Assembly: GCA_965649765.1 (NCBI GenBank)
Contig: OZ287748.1
Span: forward strand, 58,032,001-58,096,000
Source of the DNA: Bispira polyomma
Lineage: Eukaryota
DNA: 64,000 bases
Direction of reading: 5' to 3'
Below, in pieces: positions 13,860-29,100 of the stretch (within the stretch, counting starts at the first letter, position 1; every line of letters begins with the position of its first letter). The notes below the pieces were generated by a model. It was not told the origin of the DNA. It worked only from the letters and a program-made list of their open reading frames with translations, and did no database searches. The translations under genes were made by a program, and so were the position numbers.

Positions 13860-14166
13860 ATGAAAGAGGATAACACTGATGTCTATATACACCCTAACCT
13901 ATACAGACAGAATGCTGTCAATCTAAAAAAAAATCATCAATTAATAATGCCAGACCTCTCTTCTAAAACCACTGTCAACTCTGAACCACCAGTAAAGCAT
14001 TTTTTTCGTGGTCTCAGCAATGGACATCTGAAGATCAGGCAAACATCTGTAAATAACGGGTTTCAAGATAATAAACCAGGATTTAGGAGATGCTGTAAAG
14101 TAGTTATTTTTGTTACAGTTAGTGCAGCACTCATCTTTGGTTTGGGTCTAGGGGTTGGTTTGACAG
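13860..14166 (+). CDS. TTSP exon 1: cytoplasmic tail and signal-anchor TM
   Basis: [27 protein letters not shown]; ACAG|GTAAGT phase 1; in-frame TGA upstream at 13845. Confidence 0.8.
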
Positions 14167-17100
14167 GTAAGTTTAGCTTATTAATTTATGGAAGTAACTT
14201 TTTTTTATAACTTTAATTGACTTTTTAATTGTCTTTTTTTTCTTTCACAATTGTATTACAGAGTAATTTGTAAACTTTGTAACGCCGGTGTTGAACATTC
14301 GTTTGAACAGTTGTTATAAATGGGGTATAAACAAAATGATTGGCTTTCTGGATCAGTTTCATCAAGTAATGTGTAATGATACAATAAATTTAGTATTTAA
14401 TTTTCTGTCAGAAATATGAGAAAACAGAAATTTGTTACAATGTATAACATTTCATTTCTTGTTTGTATATATACCATGTCACTAAAACAATTAATAAATA
14501 AAGTATATTCGACAGATTTGATAAAGAAATCAAACACCTTTACATGTACTTGTAATCAGTGTACCTTTCCATTAACAAACTAAATACAATGAGTGCAGCA
14601 TAGTGTGAACACTTAAACAGAGTACAAATAAAAAACACAGGAAGTGTTAAAATAATACATAGCGGCTTTAATATTGCTATATATAAATATGTATATCGTT
14701 ATATGGAGATTAGATTGGTTAGAACTTACATATACAATGTGTATTGTTTTTAAATATGCTGTAAAACATGTAAATACTTCATTTTGAAAAGGGGGCTGCC
14801 ATCCTAGAAATAATATGTAAGGCCTTCATGGATTAGTTAAAAGCAATCGACCTATCCAAATATAGGGGTGTCGAATTTATCTAAATAAATAGAGGCCATA
14901 TTAAGTTTAGTTTTTTTCACACTGTGCACCTAGCTGTGTCTTATTTAAATGACAACTCTTGTCTGGTAACTTCAATTTATTTATATCATAACTACAACAA
15001 AGGATCACTATTGGCTAAAAGGTGATGTGTAAAACCGGTGTACCATGATATGCTCAGTCCCATAAAAATATTTTCCACAGGATTCAAGCAGAGAAGATTT
15101 AAAAAAAGATGTAGGAGTGTACAGAAGGGAGCAACATTGGGTAGGCAAGGTTAAAAAGATAGCTAGGATTTTTCCTAAAACCGATAAGTTTATCAACTGA
15201 TTTGAGGTCAACTGGGAGACTGTTCCATAACAGAGGAACTGCAATTGAGAAAGCTCTGGATCCCGCCTTCCTGGTTGGTCTGACAGAGAGTCTATTGCCT
15301 CTCTTCAGGTTACTGAAAGAGAGAAGGGAAGTGAGGTATGGGAGCTGTTGAGTGACTACAGCCTTGAATGTAACGTGAATGTTGAACAAAATTTAGAGTG
15401 AATGGAAAGCCAGTGTAGTTTTTTGAGGTAGAGTGACATCGGTGTATTTGCCTAGGCGAAAAATCACCCTGCATAGGTTAGTTTTAATTGATTAGAGCTT
15501 TTTAATCAGTGACTTGTTTACTCCAAACAAAAGGGAGTTGCAGTAGTCAAGGCGACTACTTACTATGGCATTTGCCACAGTTATAGAAGTGTCCAGCGAC
15601 AGGTGGTTTCAGGTTATTTTAATGTCACCAATGTGTTAATAGCAGAAGCCAGAAATGAAATAAAGAATAATGATTATAGGAACTCTTGCTTCCAATCAAA
15701 ATAAATTCAATTTTGTCGGGATTTAATTTGTGTAGTTTTTGAGCCGGTTTTTTGTCAAGTCCTGTTTTTTTAGCAAAGGATTAAAATTTGAAGTTTTAAA
15801 ACAAGTGGGAAAATACCATCCCATAGAGAAAAATACTTTAAAATTCAATTTTGTCGGGATTTTAATTTGTGTAGTTTTTGAGCCGGTTTTTTGTCAAGTC
15901 CTGTTTTTTTAGCAAAGGATTAAAATTTGAAGTTTTAAAACAAGTGGGAAAATACCATCCCATAGAGAAAAATACTTTAAAATGTTAGTTATGGGTGTGA
16001 CTAGAATGTCTAGGCATTGATTGAGAATAATGGTTGGGACGGGATCTGGTTCATGGGATTTAATAGGAGAGGATTTTAAAGGTTTTAGAACTTCCTTCTC
16101 AGAAAGTTCATCGTGCGTCGTTAAAAAACTATCACAAATGTTGCTTATTTTGTCAACCTTCGTAGTGGGAAGGGTTTTATGGACACATGGAGTGGGATTG
16201 TCAAGAATAGTTAATAGGCTTTTATTTTATTGTCAACTGAGGCTGTCTACATTCTTGTATGGATGTTTCATGAGGTTAGATGCAAGAATGTTGTCTCTAA
16301 TTTTATTTATGTTGATTTTTGTAATATTTTGGTATTTTAATACACAAGGTTTAAGGAAAATTTAGATGGGCAAAGTTTGGCAAAATTTCTGTTCATTCAG
16401 ATGCTTCCAAATTTAACTCCTAATAAAGTGACTTATTGCACATGCTGTTCTTTCGTAAAGGAGTCTTCTTAAAACTTAGCAAAAACCTTAGCAAAAAAAA
16501 AAGAAAGAGCTGAATCCCAAGTTTTCTGCCAGTCTCTGGCTGAGGTGAAGTAATATTTCACTGCACATAAAGCTGTACACAGATGGTTTTGTTTTTTATA
16601 TTATGTGTTGGTACTGGGGTCTGACTCAAAGGCCTTACAGACTGCCAACTACACGACACAACACTATAATAAAAAAAAACAAGGAAATAGCTACTGACTA
16701 TGCACAATGCCCTAGACACGACACTACACCACATTACATTGCAATTTGACTTGGATAAAAAAAGATCATGTGTTCGCTTAAATTTATTATTTCATTTTTT
16801 GTCTTATACTGCCCCTCATGGCCGTGGAGATGTAGTTTACATTGATTATATAGTGTGGTGTGGTGTTTGGTGTGCATATTACTGTCGTGCAGTGGCGTGG
16901 CGTCCCATGAAGTGTGGTGTAGTGTAGTGTCGTGTAGTCGGTGGTTTGTAAAGCCATTTGGAACTCCAGTTAGTGGTATTTCCATAGGTGTTGATTTTAA
17001 GGCAGCTATAGTATCTACTTGTGACACGGCCATAGCTAGTATAAAACTTCACTTGTGTATCATGCTTAGGTGTTTCTATTAGGGCAGCTCTGGTATTTAA

Positions 17101-20100
17101 AATGTCAATGGTCACTTAACTCTTGCATGGTAGTTTGTTGTGGTATTTAATTTTGAAAATAAATGTTTCTATATTATTTCTATTTATGTTATTATGTTCT
17201 CTTAATTATTCTCTATTGAACGTGGACTTCACATAAATTCAATGATCTCCTATGTTGGCCATCTTGGACTGCAATACGAAACCAATATTAAATTAGGGTC
17301 AATAAGTACACGCTATTTCCACACATAGGGACATCCACATAATTTCATAACATAGTTTCTATTTGACATAGCTGTCACTCAGCTGAAAATTTTTTCTATA
17401 GGAGTATCACAGATATAATAACCTATTTATGTTATGACATCTAAACAATAAATATTCAGCTGATTGTATTAAACATAAACAAATATTATTAGAATAATAA
17501 GGATATTCGTGCCGTAAGATTAGTAATACAACTTGGGAATTATATATGTTATACTATTTTATTATTTGAAAGTTATAATTTTCCGACAATAATAAATCTG
17601 TATTTCAAGCTAATTCTATCATATTTATCATCCCATCTTCTTCTGCATATGGTGTTTATGCAGAAAAAATAGCTTAAATAACAATTTAACCTTTCTTATA
17701 ATAAATAGAATTTGTGTTAATACTCAAAGTGTTAATATTTGAAAATTCCACTTGATGGGTGAAGACCTAGGGTATATGTGTGACTTGTGAGAGGATATAT
17801 GTCACACGAGAGATTGGGCGAGTGACATATATGCCATATTTCTTCACCCTTCGAGTGGACGGGTGATACACACAGAATATAGTGTTCTATATCTCTTTTA
17901 CACAGTTATACAGTCATCTGAGACAGACACACAATCAGGCAATACAGGTAATGCAGTAGGCCTACAGTTTTCTTAAAATGACTGAAGATTTTATTAGTAT
18001 CCATAAAAAGTATAGGAAAACCTACATCTACCATTGTGGACTAGTGAGTGACAAACTTGCTTTGGCACATAAAAAACACAGGTACAATCCCAGCCAAGGG
18101 TTCGAGATACATAGTGGCTCAGATGACCACTTAAAATGCCGGTCCTCTGTTTTGGATCCTATCCCTGCTGGCAGGCTAAAGAATGGTAGGGATGTCCATA
18201 AAAGGTCATCATCGAGCCTCTGTCTTCAATTAGGGGAATGACAGTTACTGGAGCTGTATGGCTGTATTGTGCAATGAAGAAAATGTAATTATTACACTTA
18301 ATCGCAGAAAGCAAAGAATAGATACACTACACCGACTTTAAATATGAATACAGTGTACATATACAAAAAATACTCTCAGAAAGTAGTAGTATGTCATCAT
18401 ATTGCCTTTGTGAACATGTTATCCATTTTGTTAGTATCTATGGTAAAACTGTTGCTGCATTAACTTATTGTATATTACCATTATAGTGCTGATGTTTAAA
18501 TGGTCATCAATATGTAAGATTTTTATTTTCAGGTCAAAACCAATTGCTATAAATGAGATAGTTAGGTGTTTAAATCTATAAAATAGAAATTGAAATGTCA
18601 TACAGAAAATTACTGTGGTTTCAATGCTTAGTGTTATTTAAACATTATCTAACTGTAACTAAAATCAATATATCTAAAAAACTAATATACTGTATGCTGA
18701 TGATTTAATCTCTCTTAATTTGTAACATGCAACTGCAGTATATTTTTTCATGTGCTATAGGAAGTACCTCAATTTTGACAGATGCTGACTGTTCAGTATA
18801 TCAGATTACCTGTCCAAACAGTAAAGAATGTGTAGATAGAATAAAGATATGTGACCAGACAGATGATTGTGACGATGGTTCTGATGAGAAGGGCTGTGGT
18901 TCTAATACAGGTAAAACATTTATTTACATAGTGGTAGATGAAGTTAATGCGGGAGATTATTGGTGCCTTGATATGTACCCTGATAAAGTAACTGCATGGC
19001 TTTAACTGAGCTAAAATATAAATCAAACCTGAGTTCTCTCTGTGTTTCTAAGCCAATGTGTTACCTATTCAAACACAGTGGCAATTTATTGAGTGCCTTT
19101 TACTGATATACAGAACTACACACACACAAAAGGAACAAAAGACCTATTGGACATTATCTTTATGGCTCTGACTAAGCTAAAATATGAATCCAGATGACAT
19201 ATTTATCCAGATCTGATGCCTATCAAAAATAATTTGAGTGTGTTATGTTCAGTGAACTGATTATAGTAAATGTCTCTCGGCTAATCATTCATGTTCTATT
19301 TATGCTACATTTTGTATTCTGTCTAAAGACCCCACCATTTCTTCTGTGACCACAAGTATGAGCAAAATGACCACAACCACTGGGCCTTGTCGAGAGGGTC
19401 AGAGACAGTGTGAAGATGGAGGCTGCCGGAAGGGTTCCTACTGGTGCGACGGATATCTAGATTGTCAGGATTACTCTGATGAATCCAACTGTGGTAGGTG
19501 CCTGTTAATGTGCTTAAATATGAGTGAAAAAGACATATTTTACACTGGCATACAGTGGATATACAGTGTAAACCTTGTGTCTGGTGGGTGATAAGTTAAT
19601 TTTCCTTTTAGAACAAATATGCTCTAACATCACCTATTCTATCTAAATACTAGTGTTACATGATGAGTTTAACAAGGTTATATTTTTTGTTCTACATCAT
19701 TTCAACAGGAGATGACATTTTGTAGACCTTGAATTTAAAAGCAGTAGAAACCTAAAACCCGACAACCTCAAATCAGTCCAAAATGATCCGCAACTTCATC
19801 TGTATATGATCTTTATACAAAAAAAACTATTTACAAGTAAAAGTAGGAGGTGAATGTTCTTGTTGCTATTGCTATTGCCAACTTACACATGAATTCTACA
19901 GTCACTGGCCTCTCACCAGTGTGGGTTCAAATCCCGTTTGTTCCTTGATATGGGAAAGTTTGCCAGGTACTTACCAGTGGTGTACAGCACTTCAGCACTG
20001 GTTTCTTCCACCATTGACTCTAGCCATCGTGATATGACCTAAGCTGGTGAAAGCGACGTAATTCCCAACTAAATTCTAATTATGCTTTTGCATTTCATGC

Positions 20101-23100
20101 TTTTAGAAGGCCGCTGGCTTCATTAGCATATTATTTAGATGTACCCCTTCAAAACATCTGAAACCAAGGTACATGGACCAGCGAGTGCGCATGGTGCTTT
20201 ATTGTCTCAGATTCCGATGCCTCTGATATACTGGCTTCCTCTTTCCAAAAATTACTCTCTAACCCGATGTAATTACTGTTTATCCATTTCTCTTACATTC
20301 CAAGTTTCTACATACTAATTTTGGATTTGGCTGGTAGTATTCATACCACTGATCACCCCCTAATAATCAAATCTTTTAGAGCGCCTAATCTCTCCTTCTT
20401 AGATGATTCTAAGGCACAGACAGTATCCTTTTTCAAATTTGCATTTCCTAATACAAAACACTGTATGTTTAATCCAACAGCAAGTAAAGTAAGTAAAAGG
20501 TACTATAAGATAGGGTGTTACCCGTGCTTAGTACGATGGGGTGCAAGTGCACTGTCATGCTTATATGTGAATCAGTAGGTAAACAGTTCTTAATTCTTTA
20601 AATGTGGTGTCCTGTATGATAACATTGTGTAACATATGATACTTGATTTTAATAACGTATCATGTGATTGGTAATGCAATAGAATTTTGTTGTAAAGTAG
20701 CTGTCTATTGTAATGGTGTAATGTATGTTATAATTTAATGATGGTATGATCATATGATTTTATTATGGTGATCACATGATCCGGATGATAACCCTTAAAG
20801 GGTAAGGTTTTTAATTGATTTACAAAATAGTTTTATAATATCTTAGTTTGGCGCTAGTCGGGTTTGACTTATACGTCATATACAAAGTGTGTTGATTATT
20901 GTGATTAGCTCCTAATTAGAGTGTGTGTAACAGTATTAAATGTAGATTGAATACAATAAATATTGAAGGGCATTTAAGGTGTTTTATTTGGCCTCTGGAT
21001 CTGGGACCTATGTTTAGTCATGCTTTTTTTACCCTCTATTTTCGCAGACTGTACAGGTAAATTTCAATGTCCCAATCGATGTATCCATTCTACATGGGAA
21101 TGTGATGGAGAAAATGACTGTGGGGATTACTCTGATGAAACCAACTGTAGTAAGTTAATTAAACCTAATAGATAAACCTAAAATACCATGTAATATGTAT
21201 TATAATTGTTAATTTATGGTTGCTTAGGTATATTTACATACAACATATTAACGGAAGTTGTGATTGAAATAATTAAAGTCCTGTAGTATTTATGGTATAT
21301 ATATATATATATGACAACTGTGTAATAATAGATGTTTCCTAATATTTGAAGTAATTACTTTGGTTTTTGCCTTTGATGACATTTTAAGTTACCACTCAGT
21401 AACACCTATATTATACTGTGTACATATATTTGATTAACATTACAAGTGAGTGCTCACACAGGTCAGTGTTCAACTGTGGCTATTGCTGCTAGGTTCATTG
21501 GTGGGATAACATCCTTGGGCAAGATATGAACATGTCATTGCCTACAGATGACAGCCCATGTTATGTTGTAGGAGAATGAGCTCATTATAGTGGAGGATAT
21601 ATCAATAGAGCTCTCATATAAATGTTTCAATAATAATAATTATTTTCTTATTATTAACTCGTTAAAATGACCTAATTATATGTACTTTAATAAGATAAAT
21701 AATTATTGCATTCGCACAACATTATTATCTCATTATGAAGAGTTTGCCTTGTGGAAATCAGATAATTAGGTCATTAGTTAATTTTATTCAAATAACATGA
21801 TTGTGCAAAAATATATACAAATCTTAAACAATCTCAGCTCATGTTGTAATAACAAACATTTCTTGGTACAGCTTGTGATGATGGTTTTGAGTGTACAGAC
21901 ACCAAGGTCTGTCTCCAACAGTCTGCTAGGTGTGATCACTATGAGGATTGTCTGGATGGAAGTGATGAGAAGAACTGTAGTAGGTTTATTACAGTAGAAC
22001 CCCTATTATCTGAACACTTTGGGCAAGCAAGATTTTGTTTGGACAATATAAGGTTCATAAAAATAGAAGACGCATTAATGTATCAAAACATAGCAAAACG
22101 TACATTTTGGAGAATAGAAATGAGTTCATGAAATTGAATTTTTTGGAGAACAGGAGTTCGAATAATAGATGTTCCAGTGTAATAAGAGTCAATTATGCAT
22201 GTAAACAGTTTTAGATTTTGCCTTAATGTTCAAATATATTAATATTCTAACATTTTACTTTTGATATTTAACGTTTTTAAAACTTAGTAATTATGTTTTG
22301 TAACATCAACCGGATTTATTATAAACCTATATAGAGGATACATAGTAGGACAAATTATGGCTGATATGTGGTGTAAACATTGACAATGTGTCATAAAAGA
22401 TTAGGAAAATAATGATTTTCATTGTTTCGGTCTTAGTTTATACCAAGAAAATAAAATTTGTAAGAAAGTAAATTGTAAGTTACTTGTTTTAGTATTTATT
22501 GCACAACATTTGAAGATAGAATCCACATATAGATTACTACAATGTCAAAGTAGCCAAGGTGTAAATGTGATAATAATTTTTTATATCAACTATGTGTAAC
22601 CAGCCTGTTCAAGCCGTGAGACAGCCTGTGCAGATGGGACATGTATTCTGAGTGATTGGTTTTGTGACGGCCATATTGACTGTAGTGATGGAGAAGATGA
22701 GGAAAATTGTGTTGGAGGTAGGAAAATGTTGTCATGGTAACTATTTATCCTCTTTTTTTATTAGTAGTTTCAGCCTTAACAAGAGGAACATCCTAAACAT
22801 TCTGAGATGTTTGAAATCAAAGTTAAATATAACAATCAATATACATATACCCTTTTTCATTCAGGTTAAGATGATTAAAAAATTATTTCTAACTTTATTT
22901 TAATAATTATTGTTTTATAAATTAAATCTGCATTGTAATATACCCATTATTATCATTTAATAAATTTGATATTTTATGTAAAATCCTTGAATTAAATTAT
23001 GTTACAAATTATGTGAGACATAGTATTTTGTACTATGCTTATTTTATTTTTTAACGATGTTGCAAGTACCAATATGACATCACCAGTTCCACTTTAAAAT

Positions 23101-26100
23101 TTAAAACTTTGTAAAGATATAAAAAAACTATTCCTTTACAACAGTTATAATATAGTATCTATTAATACTTACTTTTATTATATTTGAGTAAGCAAGAACA
23201 ATTCTAATCAACGTTCTTTTTGCATTTTGAGAAGCCTTTGACAGCAAAATATAATTGGTTCCACCAAAGTGTATTGCAATGCGCGATATTCATTAACATA
23301 TGTCATTTTCAAACTTTATTTTTGTTATTTATAGCAAATTTTGCCAACTGTTCAGACACTGAGTTTGCCTGTGCAGATCATAAAAAATGTGTTCCCAGTA
23401 CTGAAGTTTGTGACCTGAGTACTGATTGCAATGACGGGTCTGATGAATGGGATTGTGGTAAGAAAACAACTTACAACTATATGACTCAGTTTGTCTGTAA
23501 ACTTGAACTTCTCCGAGCATATGATTTAGTCATTAGTAGAACAATTAAAACAGTACATGGTGTACTTTTTCTGTAAGACTAAATTTATGAAGTAGTATTC
23601 AGTTGGGTTTTAGGTCACTTTTAACAGCTTAGGTCATATTTCTATGGCCAGATTAAACTGTGACGATACCAGTGCTAAAGCACTGTAAACTACTGGTTTA
23701 TTGCGACGGAACTTGACAAAATACCCCCAAACAGAGGATCAAATGAGAGTCGAACTCACATTGGTCAGAGGCGAGTGATTTTGAAGCTAATGCTCCTAAC
23801 CACTAGGCCACTGGGACCCCTACATGTGTAAGAGTATATGTTTTAGTCATTGGTACAACATCTAAGCAGCATAAGGTTTACTTTATCTGTAACATTGAAT
23901 TTATGATAGTATATGCTTCAGTTATTGGTAAGGCTAAATTTATGCCAGCATGCCCTTTGGACATGACCCATTTTTATGTCTCCAAAGGGTTACACAGAGA
24001 GTATGTAGTTTTTATGTCAAATGTTAAAGTCTAATTATTATTATTATTACAGAGTATTTATATAGCACCTAATCTATTCAAAGCTTTAGGTGCTAAACAT
24101 AGTTGCCTTAAGTATAACAATAGAAAAATGAAGGAGTGTCCACTGTGGACAAGAAGGTGTTTAGTCATGCTTTGAAACTGTTAAGGGATTCCATGTTTTG
24201 GAGACTGAATGGGAGCCTATTCTAGAGTTTAGGTACAGCATGCTCAAAACATGAGAGGAATGACAGAGCAAGTGTGATATGACACAGTGTATCATTTCCT
24301 TGAAAGTATATTTTGGGTTTACTTTTCTATTTTGTAGTCAACATCTTCCATGTTCCTGGTGAAGGATATCATGAAGTAGTTCTAGTAACCTTAGAATCCA
24401 ACAAAAGAGTCCCAATATGTGCAACCAACTGGAATGATACATGGAATGATTTTGTATGTGAAGAAACAGGAGCTGGGTATGCATTTTGATCTTACATTTA
24501 GAAATAGTTACTTACATTAATTACATACATTAGTCAAATATTAAGATCTATTTTTAGTTTCACATCTCTTTCAATAATTGTGCACTATATGATGATGATT
24601 AGTTTATCAGAGAAGGAAAGCAGTATAGGGTAGTTGGTCACAGCTTTCCTTACTGCAAACGTAGACCCTTCACCAGTTCTACCGTCAACTTCCTCACATA
24701 CATACTGTGACTGAGAACTGATCCTAATTGCAGAGGTGCAAGGCTAGAGTGTTATCTTTATTACCAGGGATCCTAAATTAGTCCAAGCCTTTGTAATTTT
24801 AACCAGTTTTGACTTCAATAAAATATCTTTCATAAAATATACAAAGGTTCTATGTGATCACATTGAGTGTCAGTACCAAGACACAGTAAATTATATTACA
24901 GTTCTGCCTACACCAGTAGTACAATTGACAAAGATATGGAAATACCAGGACATACGGGAGGTTTTGCCATGCCTCTGATCAATATCTCCCCAACAACATC
25001 CATCCTGCAGGTTCACAGTGATACAGTCAGGTATACTAACATCAGTCGTGTTTGTGTTGAGACAATTTTAACAATACATGTAAATAAAAGTTGTTGTATA
25101 GGAAGCCAGTGTAAAGACTTTAAATTAACAGGCAATTTAAGTTACCCCTGGTAAATTGAAATACCCAGAGGTATCTTAAAACTGATTTTAGATTACAGCA
25201 CTATTTGAATTACCCCATATTTTACTGTTATTGCAAACAAGCCACATATGTTGTGCATGTAATTTACATTCAGCATATGTGACTAAGACATAGATTGCAT
25301 TAATTGTTGGGAAAATTATTGCAATTACTAAATCACACTTTTTTAATAGAGATTTTCAATGTAAATAACCACATGCACAATGTTAGCCACTGATGTGTTG
25401 GGTTCTGGGTTTGATCCAACCAAGACATTAATAACTCTGACATTTTTGGTTATAATGTATATACTATATTTAGATATTCACTGCAATAAGATTGCATCAC
25501 ACTTCAGTGTTACGGTATTGATTACCAACAAATTGTCTATCTCGCAGTAGCCAATGCTGTAACAGTACACAACTTGGTGTTTGTCACATGCTACCTTTGT
25601 TTGATCATTATAAAACTAGTATTCAACTGATACACAAGGAAAAGTGAACATCAGGAAGATAGTGGGATATAAAGTTTGTTTAATTAATTACTGGAAATTA
25701 ATCTAAAATTTATTTTAAGGTAAGGTCACCTCCCTGTACTAACTGCGTGTCAACATTCATTGGAAAGAATATGTTGTGCCTTACAAACAGAAAATAATCA
25801 GATATCTTACCAAAAAACTTTGGCTTCAATCTAGTCCTGAAGTTGCCCGTGGTGGTCTGCCTGGGACAAACAGACATACCATCGATGTACAGTTGAATTT
25901 TATTCTGTGAAGACACAAAAATAAATACAGGCATGGTAGCAGCTTTATTCTACCCTAATCTGTAAACTAAATTATATGTGTGATGAGCTCAAACTATCTG
26001 AAATAGCCATCTATTTATGGTTACAATGGGTGTCAAATTTGAGGGAAATAAAACTAAGACTGTTTATGGCATCTACTTTCATCTGATTAAGCAAGAGTGA

Positions 26101-29100
26101 TACATACAGTGCAGCCATTCCATGTTTTTTTAATGATGGTATTATGAAATTGTAGGGTATCTTCAAATCAGCATCAGAAGTTAATGGCCTAACTTAATAT
26201 TGGTGGGTAAAAGCACAACAACGTTAAACGATAGACAAAGATTTAAACTCATAATCAAATTTGGCATGAAATTAAAATCATGTAGAACCTCAAATATACA
26301 TAAAAAATCCTTGTTTGGTTGAGGTATCATTTGGCTACAATCTTCGTTTTTATTCATTTAAAAGAAGGTTTATTAATATTTCAGCAGTGTATTTCTTGTT
26401 TTTAGCTCCTCTTGTTCTAGTGGAATCATAACAGTCAGTTGTATGTATGACCGTAAGTATTTCATGAAGTATCACCACATATAAATATGCATCTAAGGTC
26501 TCACCAAAGTTGGACACCACTAATTCAGACATCATTGCACAGCTTTTTCAAATAGTAGAGATTGCATTTTGTGTGATTTGCCATGTAGAAATCATAAAGT
26601 AGCAAAGTGTGTCAGTGCTATACATCACAAAAAGTAATTAATTATAGAAGCACCTAGTCAAAAACTTTATTCCTGCAAAATTTACTTTTGGCGTGATTGC
26701 TAAATGGAATCATGGTGTAAATTTACCCCATATTCAAGCACATGGCTTATGCATATCACATTCAGTTTTGAACTGTTTACAAACTGTTCAGGAGTGGTTA
26801 AATATGGGTTTTCAAAAAATCCTTGCAAAAATTAGTCATTTGGCTCGGTAATTCAATTAAATTTACAATTTTCAGTGTAACAATAGTCTCATAACATACA
26901 CAGATTACTTGTAATTGTCAATCTAGTGTCAGTGTTACTACAACAGCAATTTTAACAACAGCTATAAATAAAATTATACACCTGTACTCACAGTGCTTTT
27001 AATTGTGACGCCATCTTTAGGGCAATAACAGTTTATATTCATTGAGTGTGGAGGACAGTGCTGGTTTAACTTAGAATTACATTTAACCTCTTCAGAACGT
27101 GGTACCAGGGCCCTCCAGTTCCGTACAACCTACCGACATAAGATACTGCAGGGTTACAGTGCTCAACCAGGGAGCTGGCCTTGGCAGATCTCACTCAGAT
27201 ATAACAGGTAACCTTTAGATTTAGATTTGATCATTTTAACATATATAGGAATATTAAGCATTTCTCAATTTAGAATTGACCATTGTAAGTTGACACTGGC
27301 CTCGGCAGATCTCCCTTAAATATAACAGGTGTAGGAATATTAACCCTGTCTCAATTTAGATATGACCATTTTCAGTTGACAATGGCCTCGTCAGATTTCA
27401 CTCAAATATGACTGGCAGAGGAACATTAACCCTTTTCAATTTAGATTTGATCATTTAAAGTTGACACTGGCCGAGGCCGATCTCACTTAGATATAACAGG
27501 TATAGAAATATTAACCCCTTTTCAATTTAAATTTGACCATTTACAGTTGACACTGGTCTTGGCAGATCTCATGACTGCAGAGGGATATAAATTAACCTTT
27601 TCTCAATTTAGATTTATTAATTTTAAGTTGACACTGGCCTCAGCAGATCTCACTCAGATATGAATGATAGAGGAATATTATGTACGGAAGAGTATAAGGG
27701 CCACCTTTTTTTTTTTTCTTTTTTTTTTTTGAATTGTCGAGATAGTATCTCGATAAATCGTGATAATTTCGATGAAATTTTTTTTTTTTTTTTTTTGAAT
27801 TGTCGAGATAATATCTCGATAAATCGAGATAATTAAAAGGTTTTTTTTTTAATTGTCACCATATTAATTATCCACCATGGAGAAGGAAGGTGTGTGAGTG
27901 GCCAACTGAACAGCCAACATGGAAAAGGACACAAACAGTCATCGGGTCAAAGTTAATCAGCAAACAGTCACAGAGATCAAAAGTAGTTAATCAGCAAACA
28001 GTTATGGGGTCAAAAGTAGTTAATCAGGACAAGACACAAACAGTCATAGATGTCAAAAGTAGTTAATTAGGGCTAGACACAAACAGTCATAGAGGTCAAA
28101 AGTAGTTAATCAGCAAACAGTCATAGGGTCAAAAGTAGTTATTCAGGGCAAGATACAGTCAGAGTTAGGGTCAAAAGTAGGTAATCAGGCTTTTAACAAA
28201 AGTCAATTTCAACAAAATTGGTCAGTATTTATCATTTTATCTACCAATTACAATTTTAGGTGACCAAGAAGTTAGGGTCACTTTAACATAATTAGGTTAA
28301 CCATGAGTATAGATAACACAGTGACTTTCAGATCACCTTACTAAACTATAGAGAATTACCATTTTAAATTACCAAGGGTGACTTAAAGTCAACATAATGT
28401 GAATGACTTTAAGGTTAACATTAACTATAATAACCATGCTTTTAAGGTTAACTTTAATTAGGAAAAGTAGAATGACTTAATGTCATCTACCCCTTATATC
28501 ATACTACTAGTAAAGAAGAGACTTAAGGTCATCTTACATTTAGTTTGAATTACTTAAATCTTTACTAGTAACTCAGCAGTTTTAGTTGAGGCAACCTTAA
28601 GAGCTACCTTTTGAAATAAACTGCCATTTATATTTAAGGGATTACTTGTAGTATGTACTATGTTACAAATGCGTTATGTACATAATTTACTAAAATGCCC
28701 AAACGCCATGCTATCAACTATTGTACATTGGAAAATAAAATATACAAAAAAAAATCTTCTTTATTATCTCGATTTATCGAGATATTATCTCGACAATTCA
28801 AAAAAAAAATTCTTATAAATTATCTCGATTTATCGAGATATTATCTCAACAATTCAAAAAGAAAAAAAAAAAAAATTCTTATAAATTATCTCGATTTATC
28901 GAGATATTATCTCAACAATTCAAAAAGAAAAAAAAAAAAAATTCTTATAAATTATCTCGATTTATCGAGATATTATCTCAACAATTCAAAAAGAAAAAAA
29001 AAAAAAATTCTTATAAATTATCTCGATTTATCGAGATATTATCTCAACAATTCAAAAAGAAAAAAAAAAAAATTCTTATAAATTATCTCGATTTATCGAG

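Noticed and set aside
20600-20990. Possible solo LTR (TGT start, TATA-like and AATAAA motifs)
   Set aside because: No clear CA end, TSD or second copy in the window
23740-23820. tRNA gene
   Set aside because: A and B boxes are present but there is no cloverleaf; it is the head of a SINE with a second copy at about 19900
25474-25514. Alternative SRCR-end exon (..CITLQCY)
   Set aside because: In-frame TAA; exon 26406-26452 fits the phase and matches the paralog
28695-29081. 128-aa ORF with a repeated 22-aa unit
   Set aside because: By-product of the 66-bp subterminal repeat of the MITE
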